A stretch of 64,000 nt of DNA from Zhongshania sp. (GTDB lineage Bacteria; Pseudomonadota; Gammaproteobacteria; Pseudomonadales; Spongiibacteraceae): contig JAGPVP010000019.1 of NCBI GenBank assembly GCA_018066965.1, positions 18,403 to 82,402 on the forward strand, in the 5' to 3' direction. The number at the start of each line of letters is the position of its first letter. Within the stretch, counting starts at the first letter, position 1. Shown one piece after another: positions 1 to 9,999 of this stretch. Both the position numbers and the translations under genes were made by a program. The notes beneath the pieces are model-generated. The model was not told the DNA's origin. It did no database searches and saw only the letters and a program-made list of their open reading frames with translations.

Positions 1-280
1 CATTCTAGACAAGGTAGCAGAGTCACTAGCAAACGAGCCAGACGTCAGCATCATCATTATGGGCCATACCGATTCAGTCGGCAGTGACGCCTATAACCAG
101 AAACTGTCTCAGTCACGTGCACAATCCGTTGTTAACTACCTAACAACTAAAGGCATCGCGTCTGGACGTCAACAAGCGAAAGGTTACGGCGAAAGCAAAC
201 CTGTTGCTGACAACAACACTGACGAGGGTCGTGAACGCAACCGTCGTGTTGAACTGCAGGTTATCAGCCCTAACCATTAA
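1..280 (+). CDS. OmpA-family protein, C-terminal peptidoglycan-binding domain (5' truncated by window edge)
   Basis: Frame is open from base 2 (ILDKVAESLANEPDVSIIIMGHTD). OmpA_C motifs GHTDSVGSDAYNQKLSQSRA, GYGESKP and NRRVE are present. Confidence 0.92.
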   Translation, partial: ILDKVAESLANEPDVSIIIMGHTDSVGSDAYNQKLSQSRAQSVVNYLTTKGIASGRQQAKGYGESKPVADNNTDEGRERNRRVELQVISPNH

Positions 281-298
281 GGCTGTTATACTCTGAAC

Positions 299-325
299 AA
301 GGGCGGTTTTTACCGCCCTTTTTAT
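299..325 (+). terminator. Rho-independent terminator of the OmpA-domain gene
   Basis: GGGCGGT-TTTT-ACCGCCC hairpin followed by TTTTTATT, about 20 nt after the stop codon. Confidence 0.85.
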
Positions 326-360
326 TGTCTGCGTTTTAATAAAAATATGCTGTTAGCGAG

Positions 361-1455
361 CTAATCAACTTCAGAAAACAAATCCAACTGCTCCTCACGA
401 ACACCTTTTAATAAAGCCATTTTTGTATCGCCTTGGTCACTTGCGGCAAAGCGCACCCCAAGACCAATGAGGCGTAAAGACGATGCCATCCGCAACCACG
501 CCTCCTCAAGCAGTTGCTCGAAAAGCGCACAATGTAAATCGCCCTCGTAACGTCGATCAATCGTAGTTTGACGAAAATTCGCAGACTTTAACTTCACAAA
601 AACACCACTAAACCGCTTGTCACCCACACCGCTTAGTCTTGTCTCAAGCTCTTCCAATAAGTTGGCGACCTTACTTTTCGCCGCATCAAGCCCAGCAATA
701 TCTTGGGCAAACGTGGTTTCAACACTTAAAGACTTACGCTCGCGGTGCGGTTTAACCGAGCGCTCGTCAACTCCCCGTGCATAGCTATACAACTGATGGC
801 CAAACTTGCCAAACAGCATTAGAAGCTCATCTAGTGATCGACGCCGTAAGTCGGCGCAAGTAAATATCTCTTGTTCCGCCATCCGCGCAGCCATCACCTT
901 GCCCACCCCATGAATTTTGCTTACTGGTAGGCTTAAAACAAACTCATCAACTTGTGTCGGAGTAATCACCGTCAAGCCGTCTGGTTTATCCCAATCACTC
1001 GCCACTTTTGCCAAAAACTTGTTGGGGGCAACACCCGCAGAAATAGTAATACCGACTTCCTCTCGTACCTGCTGACGTATCGCTTGCGCAATGCGCGTAG
1101 CACTGCCTTGGAAAGCGTCACAAGCGCTCACGTCAAGATAAGCTTCATCTAATGACAAAGGCTCAATTTGCTCGGTGTAACGGCTAAAAATTTCCCGTAT
1201 CTGCAAAGCGACTTCGCGGTATTTATCCATGCGAGGAGTAAGAACAATCAAATCTGGGCAGCGCCGCAACGCGCTGGCTGTCGGCATAGCCGAGTGCACA
1301 CCGAAGGCCCGTGCTTCATAGTTACAGGTTGCGACTACGCCTCTGCGCTCGGCGGCGCCCCCTACCGCAACCGGACGGCCTTTTAAACTCGGATCGTCAC
1401 GCAACTCAACCGAGGCATAAAAGCAATCACAGTCACAGTGAATAATTTTGCGCAA
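361..1455 (-). CDS. dinB: DNA polymerase IV (Y-family)
   Basis: RKIIHCDCDCFYASVE, YEARAFGVHSAMP, SLDEAYLDV, NKFLAKVASDWDKPDG motifs, C-terminal clamp-binding QLDLF; TTG start. Confidence 0.97.
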   Translation of the reverse strand: MRKIIHCDCDCFYASVELRDDPSLKGRPVAVGGAAERRGVVATCNYEARAFGVHSAMPTASALRRCPDLIVLTPRMDKYREVALQIREIFSRYTEQIEPLSLDEAYLDVSACDAFQGSATRIAQAIRQQVREEVGITISAGVAPNKFLAKVASDWDKPDGLTVITPTQVDEFVLSLPVSKIHGVGKVMAARMAEQEIFTCADLRRRSLDELLMLFGKFGHQLYSYARGVDERSVKPHRERKSLSVETTFAQDIAGLDAAKSKVANLLEELETRLSGVGDKRFSGVFVKLKSANFRQTTIDRRYEGDLHCALFEQLLEEAWLRMASSLRLIGLGVRFAASDQGDTKMALLKGVREEQLDLFSEVD

Positions 1456-1486
1456 AAACGACCACCCATCACACCCGCATACGAAG

Positions 1487-1502
1487 CTGTATAAATAACC
1501 AG
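1487..1502. promoter_or_regulatory. LexA (SOS) box upstream of dinB
   Basis: CTGTATAAATAACCAG fits CTG-N10-CAG with an AT-rich core, about 30 bp upstream of the dinB start. Confidence 0.88.
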
Positions 1503-1585
1503 CAAAATAGCAAATGTCGCCGCGTAAGTCACCCGCGATTGTGCGTTATACTGCGCGATATTGATGGCAACGTGGATAGTACAAA

Positions 1586-1987
1586 ATGGCAATTGGCAGC
1601 TGGACACCCGAAAACGAAAAAAGCGCACTCGCAATAGACCTGCAATGGTTGCAGCGCTGTATCGCTATTAGCCAAGAAGATCGGCTCGAAGAGCTACCTA
1701 TGCCATTTACGGATGAAGAACAGCAAACCTATGGCGTATTTATGCGCGTCTCCCAAGAACAGTGGCAAATGGCTGCGGCTGAACTCAGCAATAACGACAT
1801 TGTTGCCCTAATACGTTTTTTCACCCGTGCAGAGAAACTAATTAGCGGTTGGGACGCTGGCAAAGAATCTCCCGCTATATGGCTTAACAAAGTATTGCGC
1901 AAACGCGGAGAAAAACTAGACCGAGATATGTTGCTCTGGATTCGCAACAATACTGACAACCGCTTTATTCCTAACGGCGGCCTGTAA
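1586..1987 (+). CDS. conserved hypothetical protein (133 aa)
   Basis: Fills the gap divergent from dinB; protein-like composition with a conserved-looking C-terminus (WIRNNTDNRFIPNGGL); no family recognised. Confidence 0.75.
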   Translation: MAIGSWTPENEKSALAIDLQWLQRCIAISQEDRLEELPMPFTDEEQQTYGVFMRVSQEQWQMAAAELSNNDIVALIRFFTRAEKLISGWDAGKESPAIWLNKVLRKRGEKLDRDMLLWIRNNTDNRFIPNGGL

Positions 1988-2010
1988 ATTACAGCCACGC
2001 TCCAGCGCGA

Positions 2011-2310
2011 TTACTTTTTCTCTGGATTATTGTTTACGAAGCCAGCCAGTTGTTCAGCGCTGGCTTCAACTTGAAACTCCGCCTTCCACTGCGAATACGG
2101 CATACCATATACCCGCTCCCGAGCTGCCTCGTAATCTACGGTCACACCATCCTGCTCAGCCGCAGCAACATACCATTTAGATAAACAGTTACGGCAAAAC
2201 CCCGCTAAATTCATTAGATCAATATTTTGAACGTCTTTACGTTCGTCCAAATGCGCCAGCAGCCGACGAAATACTGCCGCTTCAATGGCGTCTGTTTGTG
2301 CCTTATCCAT
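2011..2310 (-). CDS. DUF1244 family protein
   Basis: IEAAVFRRLLAHL...DVQNIDLMNLAGFCRNCLSKWY...VYGMPY signature. Start moved to ATG 2310, which has a GGAG RBS. Confidence 0.88.
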   Translation of the reverse strand: MDKAQTDAIEAAVFRRLLAHLDERKDVQNIDLMNLAGFCRNCLSKWYVAAAEQDGVTVDYEAARERVYGMPYSQWKAEFQVEASAEQLAGFVNNNPEKK

Positions 2311-2434
2311 ACTTTTCTCCCAACAAATTAAAGTTTCACTGTCCATTATCGCAAAGTTTGCTATGTTATGGCTGTTGCAAGTAGTGAAGTTCGTCGATTA
2401 ATGACTAAAAACACGCTTACCGAGGCTCGCTGAT

Positions 2435-3010
2435 ATGACAAATAAAAAGTTGGATCCCGTCGCACTGATCCGTAAAGAAATTGAATCCCTTGAAAACAAA
2501 GTTGAACAATTACGTGAACGCTTAATGACCGACGCCAATAAGGCAATAGAAAAAGCAAAGGCGCAAGCAGAACGCGCCCGCGACAAACTAAAAGTAGAGC
2601 AAGCTAAACTTGGTGAGTTACAGAAAAAAGCCAAGGCCAAAATGGACAGCCGAATTCAAAAGCAAGTGGATCGCGCCCACTCTGCGGTAAGCAGTGCCAA
2701 AGAACTTGAGCTAGACGCAAAGGCTGTAATGATTATGGCCAAGAATCAATTAGCTGAGCTCAAAGGCGACTATCAACGCGCCAAGGCGCTCGCTAAAGCC
2801 GCCCAGGATGCTGCGAAAAGTTTCGACACAAAATCCAAAACCGCACCTAAAAAGGCCGCTGCAAAAAAAGTAGCTAGCAAACCAGCGCCGGCAAAGAAAG
2901 CGGCAGTGAAAAAAGCCCCTGCCAAAAAGGCACCCGCAAAAAAGGCAGTGGCCAAGAAAGCAGTAGCTAAAAAAGCGCCAGCGAAAAAGGTGGCACCAAA
3001 GAGCAGTTAA
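2435..3010 (+). CDS. histone H1-like (AlgP/Hc2-like) basic protein: N-terminal coiled coil plus Lys/Ala/Pro repeat tail
   Basis: Helical E/K/A-rich N-terminus, then repeats such as APKKA, AAKKV, PAKKA and VAKKA. Confidence 0.8.
   Translation: MTNKKLDPVALIRKEIESLENKVEQLRERLMTDANKAIEKAKAQAERARDKLKVEQAKLGELQKKAKAKMDSRIQKQVDRAHSAVSSAKELELDAKAVMIMAKNQLAELKGDYQRAKALAKAAQDAAKSFDTKSKTAPKKAAAKKVASKPAPAKKAAVKKAPAKKAPAKKAVAKKAVAKKAPAKKVAPKSS
2841..3000 (+). repeat. degenerate 15-nt coding tandem repeats (xAKKA pentapeptides)
   Basis: About 10 imperfect copies, e.g. gccaaaaaggcaccc / gcaaaaaaggcagtg / gccaagaaagcagta / gctaaaaaagcgcca. Confidence 0.85.
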
Positions 3011-3031
3011 TCCTTACACAAAAGGGCATCA

Positions 3032-3071
3032 CGATAACTGTAAAGAAACAAGAGCAGCTTTACAGTTATCG
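3032..3071. terminator. 14-bp perfect inverted repeat after the histone-like gene (terminator, stabiliser or operator)
   Basis: CGATAACTGTAAAG-N12-CTTTACAGTTATCG; no clear U-tract. Confidence 0.55.
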
Positions 3072-3300
3072 CCATTTACTCCGCGCTCATACCATGGACA
3101 GAATTAACGGTATTGCACAACTCACCTACTTGAGCCGTACCTGTTTTGCAAAAATCGCACTTCGCTACAATTTAGTAGCACTGGTAACTGATCCTAATTT
3201 CGCACTCAGGCCAAATACTGAAATCTGATATAAGTTAATCGAGCTACTTTGCGAAAAAGCGGCCAGATTTAAGCGTCTAGTAAGTCACCAGACGTTGGCA

Positions 3301-4089
3301 TCAATGCGGTAAATACTCACCGCCGTTTACGTCTAGAGCAGCACCTGTCACCGCACAGGCGTAATCAGACCCTAAGAAGATGGCCGCCTTAGCGCAATCT
3401 GCATCATCGGGTATATGGCCAATGGGGATGTTTTTAGACACCGCCGCAACTTGCTGCGCTACGCTTGGGCCTCCGGCATCTGCGTTCATTTGCAAATATC
3501 CTTCAACCGCAGGGCCCCACATCCAGCCCATGTAGGCGGAGTTCACGCGGATATTGTAAACGCCCAGTTCTAAAGCCAAATGTGAAGTTGCGCTTGCCAA
3601 GGCAGCTTTAGATGCTCCGTAACCACCTTGAGTATGCAATGGCTTGCGAGTAACCATGGTGTTAATCATGACGATAGCGCCGCCGCCCTGCTTTTTCATT
3701 TGTGGAATCGTTTCAAGAGTCAGCGCCATGGTGCCAAATAAATTAACGTCCATCGCGGCTCGCCAACTATCCAAATTCGCAGTTTCAATAGGGCCAAACT
3801 CACCGGGGTTATACGCGCTATTAAAAAGTACATCGATGCGACCAAAATGCGCGATAGTTTGCTCTACCAAGTTTGCACATTGAGCGCGATCACTGATGTC
3901 AGTAGCGATTTTCAACACCGCGGTATTTAAGCCCAATGCTTTAATCTCAGCTTCTGCATCGTCGAGTTTACTGACAGTGCGGGCACACATAGCCACCGAC
4001 GCGCCTTGCTTGGCGGCTTCTACCGCTAACTCCTGCCCCAGACCCGGACCAATCCCCGACACAATGACTACCTTACCCTGTAAAAGCAT
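3301..4089 (-). CDS. short-chain dehydrogenase/reductase (resembles the PRK07890 / mycobacterial Rv3530c-like group)
   Basis: SGIGPGLG nucleotide-binding motif, YGASK catalytic motif, IRVNS, C-terminal LDVNGGEY. Confidence 0.92.
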   Translation of the reverse strand: MLLQGKVVIVSGIGPGLGQELAVEAAKQGASVAMCARTVSKLDDAEAEIKALGLNTAVLKIATDISDRAQCANLVEQTIAHFGRIDVLFNSAYNPGEFGPIETANLDSWRAAMDVNLFGTMALTLETIPQMKKQGGGAIVMINTMVTRKPLHTQGGYGASKAALASATSHLALELGVYNIRVNSAYMGWMWGPAVEGYLQMNADAGGPSVAQQVAAVSKNIPIGHIPDDADCAKAAIFLGSDYACAVTGAALDVNGGEYLPH

Positions 4090-4206
4090 ACTCAGATCCT
4101 GTTATTAAATATGATGGAATAACAGTGATTAGCTTAGCCGAGCGCCAGCGATTCGACACCACCCATACGGACGGGGCTAGCCGAATACCGGTAAAAGGAA
4201 TACAAC

Positions 4207-4890
4207 TTAGCTATTGTGCGAAGCGGGCTGCTCTAGAATCATCTTTATTTTCTGCAATGTTGTTATGGGTGCGTCTACCGACAACCAATTCAATACCCAT
4301 GCAGGAATAGGTCCGGCGGGATCTGCGTGCATAACCGCTTGTAATTCCAAGCCACCATCCGCCAAAGGCGTAATAATCCATTGATTCTCAGCGTTTACGA
4401 CCCTGACTCGGTCGCGGAACTCCGACACGCCGCTTATAACAGCCTTGCCGTACATGTGAGCCACACCTGTATTGGTGTCTATTTTCCACTCCGTTTGTAA
4501 AATCATATCGCGATCTTTAACAGGCCATGGCAAGTCATGGTGCAGATATATTTTCTCTATCCCCGGCGCTGGCGTATCTACCAAATAAGTTTCGACGCAC
4601 ATTTCATCCCAGCTCGGACGCGCATCGATATTCTGTAACAGGCTTAAAGCGTCATCTAAAGCGGCATTTATCTTCACCACGCCTCTAACCGCGCGAATTG
4701 GCGAATCGGCAACGGCGCGGCTATACACTTTAATGCCGTGGCTCATTTTTTCTAAGCGCCACGCATCTTCCGCAAAAGCCGGACTAAAAAATAGTGGCGC
4801 TAGTGCCACTATTATTACCGTTCGCAAGGCGTCTGTTTGCCGAAGAAAACCACAAAAGAGAAATACCATGGAGCGTAAGCGAGACGTCAT
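4207..4890 (-). CDS. START/SRPBCC lipid-binding domain protein, probably exported
   Basis: Signal-like segment ending AFA-EDAW; motifs GIKVYSR, WDEMC, LPWPVKDRD, ADPAGPIPAW. Start overlaps the receptor stop (TGATG). Confidence 0.85.
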   Translation of the reverse strand: MTSRLRSMVFLFCGFLRQTDALRTVIIVALAPLFFSPAFAEDAWRLEKMSHGIKVYSRAVADSPIRAVRGVVKINAALDDALSLLQNIDARPSWDEMCVETYLVDTPAPGIEKIYLHHDLPWPVKDRDMILQTEWKIDTNTGVAHMYGKAVISGVSEFRDRVRVVNAENQWIITPLADGGLELQAVMHADPAGPIPAWVLNWLSVDAPITTLQKIKMILEQPASHNS

Positions 4891-7178
4891 CAGATATCGC
4901 CTATGGTAAATTCCACACCCAAACGGAAGGATCGCGGCGGATTAAAGATAGTGAGGATTCCGCCTGTATTTGGCGTATCAAAAACCACGGCCGGTTTGAA
5001 CTCATTTGTCAGATTGCTACCAATAAGACTAAACACGGGCGCGCCCGGCCAGCTTGGCATACTTAAATTAGCCGATGCGCCCAGTAACTCAAGCGCAGGG
5101 TGTTCATACGTATGAGCCAAATTATTATAATTTCGGTTCTGGTAGGTATAAGACAAAGTCGCGCTAAATTGACCCTCTGCCAGCGGATACGCCCACAACA
5201 ATAGCGCTGAACCCGACACCGGCGACGAACCTGGTAACTCTGTACCTGCGGGTGCCGGCCCTTGGAAGTCATCGAAAAATTCTGTGGTTTGCGCATCCAC
5301 ATAAGAACCATTCAATTTCAAGTAAAAGCCGGCCGGCAACAACATGTTCACGCCAAGCTCAAAACCGCGATTACGGGCACCGCCAACGTTGTCGGAATAC
5401 GCAAATGCGCCGGTATAATCACGCTGCTGTACCTGCATATCGGTCCATTCTAATTGAAACACCGTCGCGTCAACCTGCAATGCGCCATCTAGCCACTCCG
5501 TGCGCACACCCAGCTCATAATTCCAAATTTCGTCAGATTCAAAAAACAACGGCACACTAGGATCACGACTAGGATTTTGGTTTGCACCCGCATAACGGAA
5601 GCCTTTGACTGCAGACGTAAATACCGAGAGCTCGTCGCTATAACTCCACTGTAAAGTAAACTTTGGATTAAAGACGGTTTCACTGATCTCGCCCTGATCA
5701 CGCCCTAAATTAACGCCAGTACTATCCACCGGCAAGGCATTGATAATAGGTGTGAGCAATGCGACAAGCGGATTAGTTGCACTTAAGCCGCTCACTGGAT
5801 CTGCCATGGTAGAAATATCCGCAACCGTAGATTGTTCAAAATAACGACCGCCAAAACCAAACTCCCAGCGATCTCCAAATTTACGTTTTAAATCAAAAAA
5901 GAACGCTTTCTCTTCCGCATAAACATCACCTTTTAGCTGCAGAATATTACCTGTTAATTCGGTACCCAAGTCGAGACTTAAATATTGATCGCTCTCGATA
6001 TAAAACAAACCAACGACATAGTCCCAACCATTTAGCAGCCACCAATCGGACTCTACAGGGTCAGCGGAAACCAATCTTAGCTCGGCACTCGGCTGACTAG
6101 AATATATGGTGGTGTCGCCATATAAGCCCAAGCCCACCTGCGAGGTACCAAAAAACTGGGAATAATCGATTCGTTGCGGATAATCTTTGTCTAGCTGACT
6201 CAATATCAAACTTAAATCAGCAAACTCAAAGTCGTATTCCGTTGTGAGGATAGCAATGTCGGTTCGAGAGTCTAAAACATCTGCAAAAAAGCGACTTGAA
6301 TGGGTCGGCTCTTGATCATTGTCAGCAAAAGAACCATCGTCTTGATGAGTCTCTCGTCGCAGCGCGTTTAAACGAAACTCGAGCTTCTCTGTAGCGCGCC
6401 AACTTATAAGGGCGCGAAGCTGCCCAGAATCAGTCGAATTAATATCGTCTTGCCCAGAGCGTATATCTTTTACGTATCCCGGACGATCCCCTTTACTGGC
6501 AACTACCCGCGCCGCCAAATTATCACCGAGCGGTTGATTCCACATCACATCATAACGATGCGAGTTTCCTGAGCTCCGGTCTAGCGTACCTATGTTCGCA
6601 GCGACTTTCCCATAAGCAGCCTCATAATCTGGATGATTAGGAACATAGCGCACGGCCCCCGATAAGGCGGAGCCTCCAAACAAAGTCCCCTGCGGGCCTT
6701 TTAGAATTTCGACAGATCTTAAATCAAAGGGATCGATATTTGGTTGCGGGCCTAAAATAGACGGGTTAACAAGTGATATGTCCTCGTAAAACATTCCAAA
6801 TGTACGAGTAAAGAATGTAAAGAACGTATCTGTGGACACACCGCGAATAATAATTTGTGCGGCTTCTGGGTCTAAACCTGGACTGACCGATACACCGGGG
6901 GAGAATCGGGCAATACCCTCAATATTTTCTACTCCGATCTCTCGTAAAGCTTCGCCGCTGAAGGCATCGATACTCAAGGGCACATCGCGCAAATCCACTT
7001 CACGCTTAGTGGCGGTGACCACCACTTCTTCTAAAACACGAGATCGTAAAACGGTTTTTTTTTCTGCCGATTGGACTTCCTCACCAGATAATTCAGCTGC
7101 GAACGAGTGAATAGAACAGAAAATAATGGCGGTAAAAACAACCCCAGATGTATAACAACCTAGCCTGAGCATACCCAT
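4890..7178 (-). CDS. TonB-dependent receptor
   Basis: Signal peptide, TonB-box-like LEEVVVTATKRE, plug motif VEILKGPQGTLFGG, beta-barrel ending PRSFRLGVEF. Confidence 0.95.
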   Translation of the reverse strand: MGMLRLGCYTSGVVFTAIIFCSIHSFAAELSGEEVQSAEKKTVLRSRVLEEVVVTATKREVDLRDVPLSIDAFSGEALREIGVENIEGIARFSPGVSVSPGLDPEAAQIIIRGVSTDTFFTFFTRTFGMFYEDISLVNPSILGPQPNIDPFDLRSVEILKGPQGTLFGGSALSGAVRYVPNHPDYEAAYGKVAANIGTLDRSSGNSHRYDVMWNQPLGDNLAARVVASKGDRPGYVKDIRSGQDDINSTDSGQLRALISWRATEKLEFRLNALRRETHQDDGSFADNDQEPTHSSRFFADVLDSRTDIAILTTEYDFEFADLSLILSQLDKDYPQRIDYSQFFGTSQVGLGLYGDTTIYSSQPSAELRLVSADPVESDWWLLNGWDYVVGLFYIESDQYLSLDLGTELTGNILQLKGDVYAEEKAFFFDLKRKFGDRWEFGFGGRYFEQSTVADISTMADPVSGLSATNPLVALLTPIINALPVDSTGVNLGRDQGEISETVFNPKFTLQWSYSDELSVFTSAVKGFRYAGANQNPSRDPSVPLFFESDEIWNYELGVRTEWLDGALQVDATVFQLEWTDMQVQQRDYTGAFAYSDNVGGARNRGFELGVNMLLPAGFYLKLNGSYVDAQTTEFFDDFQGPAPAGTELPGSSPVSGSALLLWAYPLAEGQFSATLSYTYQNRNYNNLAHTYEHPALELLGASANLSMPSWPGAPVFSLIGSNLTNEFKPAVVFDTPNTGGILTIFNPPRSFRLGVEFTIGDI

Positions 7179-7436
7179 CTCCTTGGGAAAATAATGTAAG
7201 CATTTTTATTATATGTGGCCGAGAATTTATATTCAGGCAAGCTTAGCGCCACTCAAACAGCCTCCATGCCTGCTTAGTATTGAAGCCAGCTACTACTTAG
7301 CAAAAAACCAAGTCACAACGACCTGTCCTTTAAAGACTAGACCCAGAACAATTAATTCGCAAGGGTAATATATGCAAGCAACTACTTCTAACTTCAATAG
7401 GTTTATTTTTATAGTGTTTCAAATTATGTCATGCAC

Positions 7437-7458
7437 AAAAAGGGAGCTTTCGCTCCCC
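7437..7458 (-). terminator. Rho-independent terminator of the broken TonB receptor gene
   Basis: Minus strand GGGAGC-GAAA-GCTCCC-TTTTT. Confidence 0.85.
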
Positions 7459-7511
7459 CAAAATTACCAACAAATGGTCACCACAGAGTTCAGAACGTAT
7501 CTCAATATTGC

Positions 7512-9658
7512 TTAAAATGAATACTCTGCTGAAATACCAAAAGTCTTCGGCGGCGCCGCAGATACGAAGTCACCAAAACTACTCTGCTGAGAGTAATAGG
7601 AATATTCAGTATCCAGCAGGTTTCTCGCGAACACCCGCACTCGCCATTTTTCATCCCGCTCAACTAGGGCGACTTCCGCATTTAGCACATCATAAGAGTC
7701 CTGCTTGGTGCGATTATCTGGCTCCCAGAAAAATCCATCATTATAGTAATAGGCTAAATTAAGATTTAATTCGCCAATACCTACGTCATAACGATAATTG
7801 GTACTTACGCTATAGGTATATTTTGGTGCGCGAGTTAGCTCATAACCAGACAAATCATTATTGGTCGTAACCACATTACCAATATTATCGGAGGTATCAG
7901 GTGAAATTACCGGACCATTTTGGAAATCGGTATACTCCGTATCAAGATACGACGCAGATACATTGACATCTAGGTTATCGGTCACAAAGTAGGTACTCTC
8001 AATTTCTGCGCCTTGCATCTCCGAGTCACCAACATTAAACAGGAATATCGCGCCCCCTAAGATCTGCTGCATCTGTAAATTATCAAACTCATAATAAAAT
8101 ACAGACCCGTTTATACGCAGGCTATTATCTAAAAAGTCACCTTTAAAACCAACTTCGTAAGAATCCAATATTTCTGGGTCAACGGGGTCAGGCAAATCCC
8201 CGAATACCGTTAAAGTGTTGTATACCCCACTTTTGAATCCGCGACTATACGAAGCAAACAACAGCATTTCATCATCCAACTGGTGGTCCAATGCCACGCG
8301 CCACGTCGGCTATTCCCAAGACTCGTCGTCTTTCAGTACCGGCATTGCGGGATTAATTGGCGCACCGCTAGCGATACTTGTTGTACGACCACTAAATTCA
8401 CGCTCATCCATCGTCCAGCGTAAACCAAGCGTTAGCGCTGTCGCGTCAGTGAGGTCGTAAGTTCCTTGAGCATAAGCAGCGTAGGACGTCGTATCTTGCT
8501 GGGTATCCATATTAATATTGAAAGCCGGATTAGCCGACGTTGTCTGTGTGGGCGCATTTTTTGATTCCGCCGACATAAAAAACAAACCCGCCGTCCACTT
8601 TAAAGGGCCATCACCGGTAGAGTTAAACTGGAACTCCTGCGACAACTGCTGACTGCGTTCGCCAACCACAAAATTAACGACATGACTTGGACCAGAATCC
8701 TGGTCCAGCAAGGTAAAAGCATCTAGATCTGAAAAAGCACTGGTCGCAATTAGCTCTACTGCATTAAAAGCATGAGTAAGTTGAAAAGTTAACACCCGTT
8801 GTGAGCTCTCTACTATAGGCTCCCAGTCGGTATTAATATCTTGAAAATCACCGGTGTAGGTTCCGCCCCCCGTTGCGACCGTACCCTCTGCTGGTTGCCG
8901 CGCAATGCCCACATCACTTTCTCGATCAGCGTACAGCGCAGACATGACAATCGAAGTCTTATCGCTCACATCAAACAGTAACTTACTACGTAAAGACCGA
9001 TCTTCTTCCCCCACGCGATCACGGCCATTAAAGCGATTTTTACCGTACCCCTCTTCCCGCTTTTTAATCAGTAAAGAAATACACGCTCAGATAAGCCTGT
9101 GGTGCCGTAAAAGCCGGTATTAAATGAGTCGTAACTGCCCGCGCCAACAGAAATTTTTGCCAACGGTTCAAAATCTGGATTTTTGGTAATCACATGGATT
9201 AAACCACCGGTCGCATTTCTCCCAAACAAGGTACCCTGTGGCCCACGTAAAACCTCCACACGCTCAATATTATTAAACTCCATCACCGACGCCACCATAG
9301 ACGAGTAGTAAACGCCATCGACATAGGTCGACACACTACTCTCCTCGCCCGCTGAGGAGTTTTTTGTACCAACACCACGAATAAACGGCGTTGCTGAAGA
9401 GATTTGACGGCTATATTGAAGGTTAGGGATAACCATCGACAATTCGTCAGTACCCGAAATACCCGATTTTTCCAAGCCACTCGCCGATACCGCTGTCATC
9501 GCAATGGGTACCGTTTGGACACTTTCCTCACGTTTTTGCGCGGTCACAACAACCTCTTCAAGCTGCGCAGTTGCACCTAAAGGAAGCAACACCGAGCTTC
9601 CTATAATTGTCGCGCCGATTGAGTTAAGTCTAAAACGTCTATTTAAGATCTTATTCAT
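7512..9658 (-). pseudogene. TonB-dependent receptor pseudogene (one frameshift plus one in-frame amber stop)
   Basis: Three ORF pieces make up one receptor. The N-terminal piece has the signal peptide, LEEVVVTAQKRE and VLRGPQGTLFGRNATGG. A frameshift near 9080 switches GLSERV to ISLLIKKREEGYGKN. An in-frame TAG at 8310-8312 gives DDESWE*PTWRVALDHQ. The C-terminus is PKTFGISAEYSF. Confidence 0.88.
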
Positions 9659-9999
9659 TATTATTCCTCGTTTCACTGCCTTTAATCTAAACCTACCGCC
9701 AGCGGCGTTTATAAGGCGGCCCCTTAAATTTAGATCATTGACTTATGTTTCGCAAGCACATAATAACCACGGAAAATATATCCATATAAGCTAAATCTAT
9801 GTCTCAAGCTAATGACGTGGAACTAGCTACTTCACCACGCCATTGCTTTCGTGGAGGAGAACAGTTGTCAAGGCTAAAATGATTTAATGTCATTTATAGT
9901 AAAGACGTGTTTTAGAATTACTATGAGGGACCTACAAAAGCTGCAGCGTTGTTCTACAACAAGGGAATCCGCATGCAATGAGCCCTGTTTTAGAGGCCG

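Noticed and set aside
8310-8312. Programmed amber read-through or pyrrolysine in the TonB receptor
   Set aside because: The same gene also has a frameshift, TAG is used as a normal stop elsewhere in the window, and no pyl genes are seen.
9866-9895. Operator-like AAATGA-N7-TCATTT and repeated TGTCA upstream of the broken receptor
   Set aside because: Short matches in AT-rich DNA can arise by chance, and no cognate regulator is adjacent.
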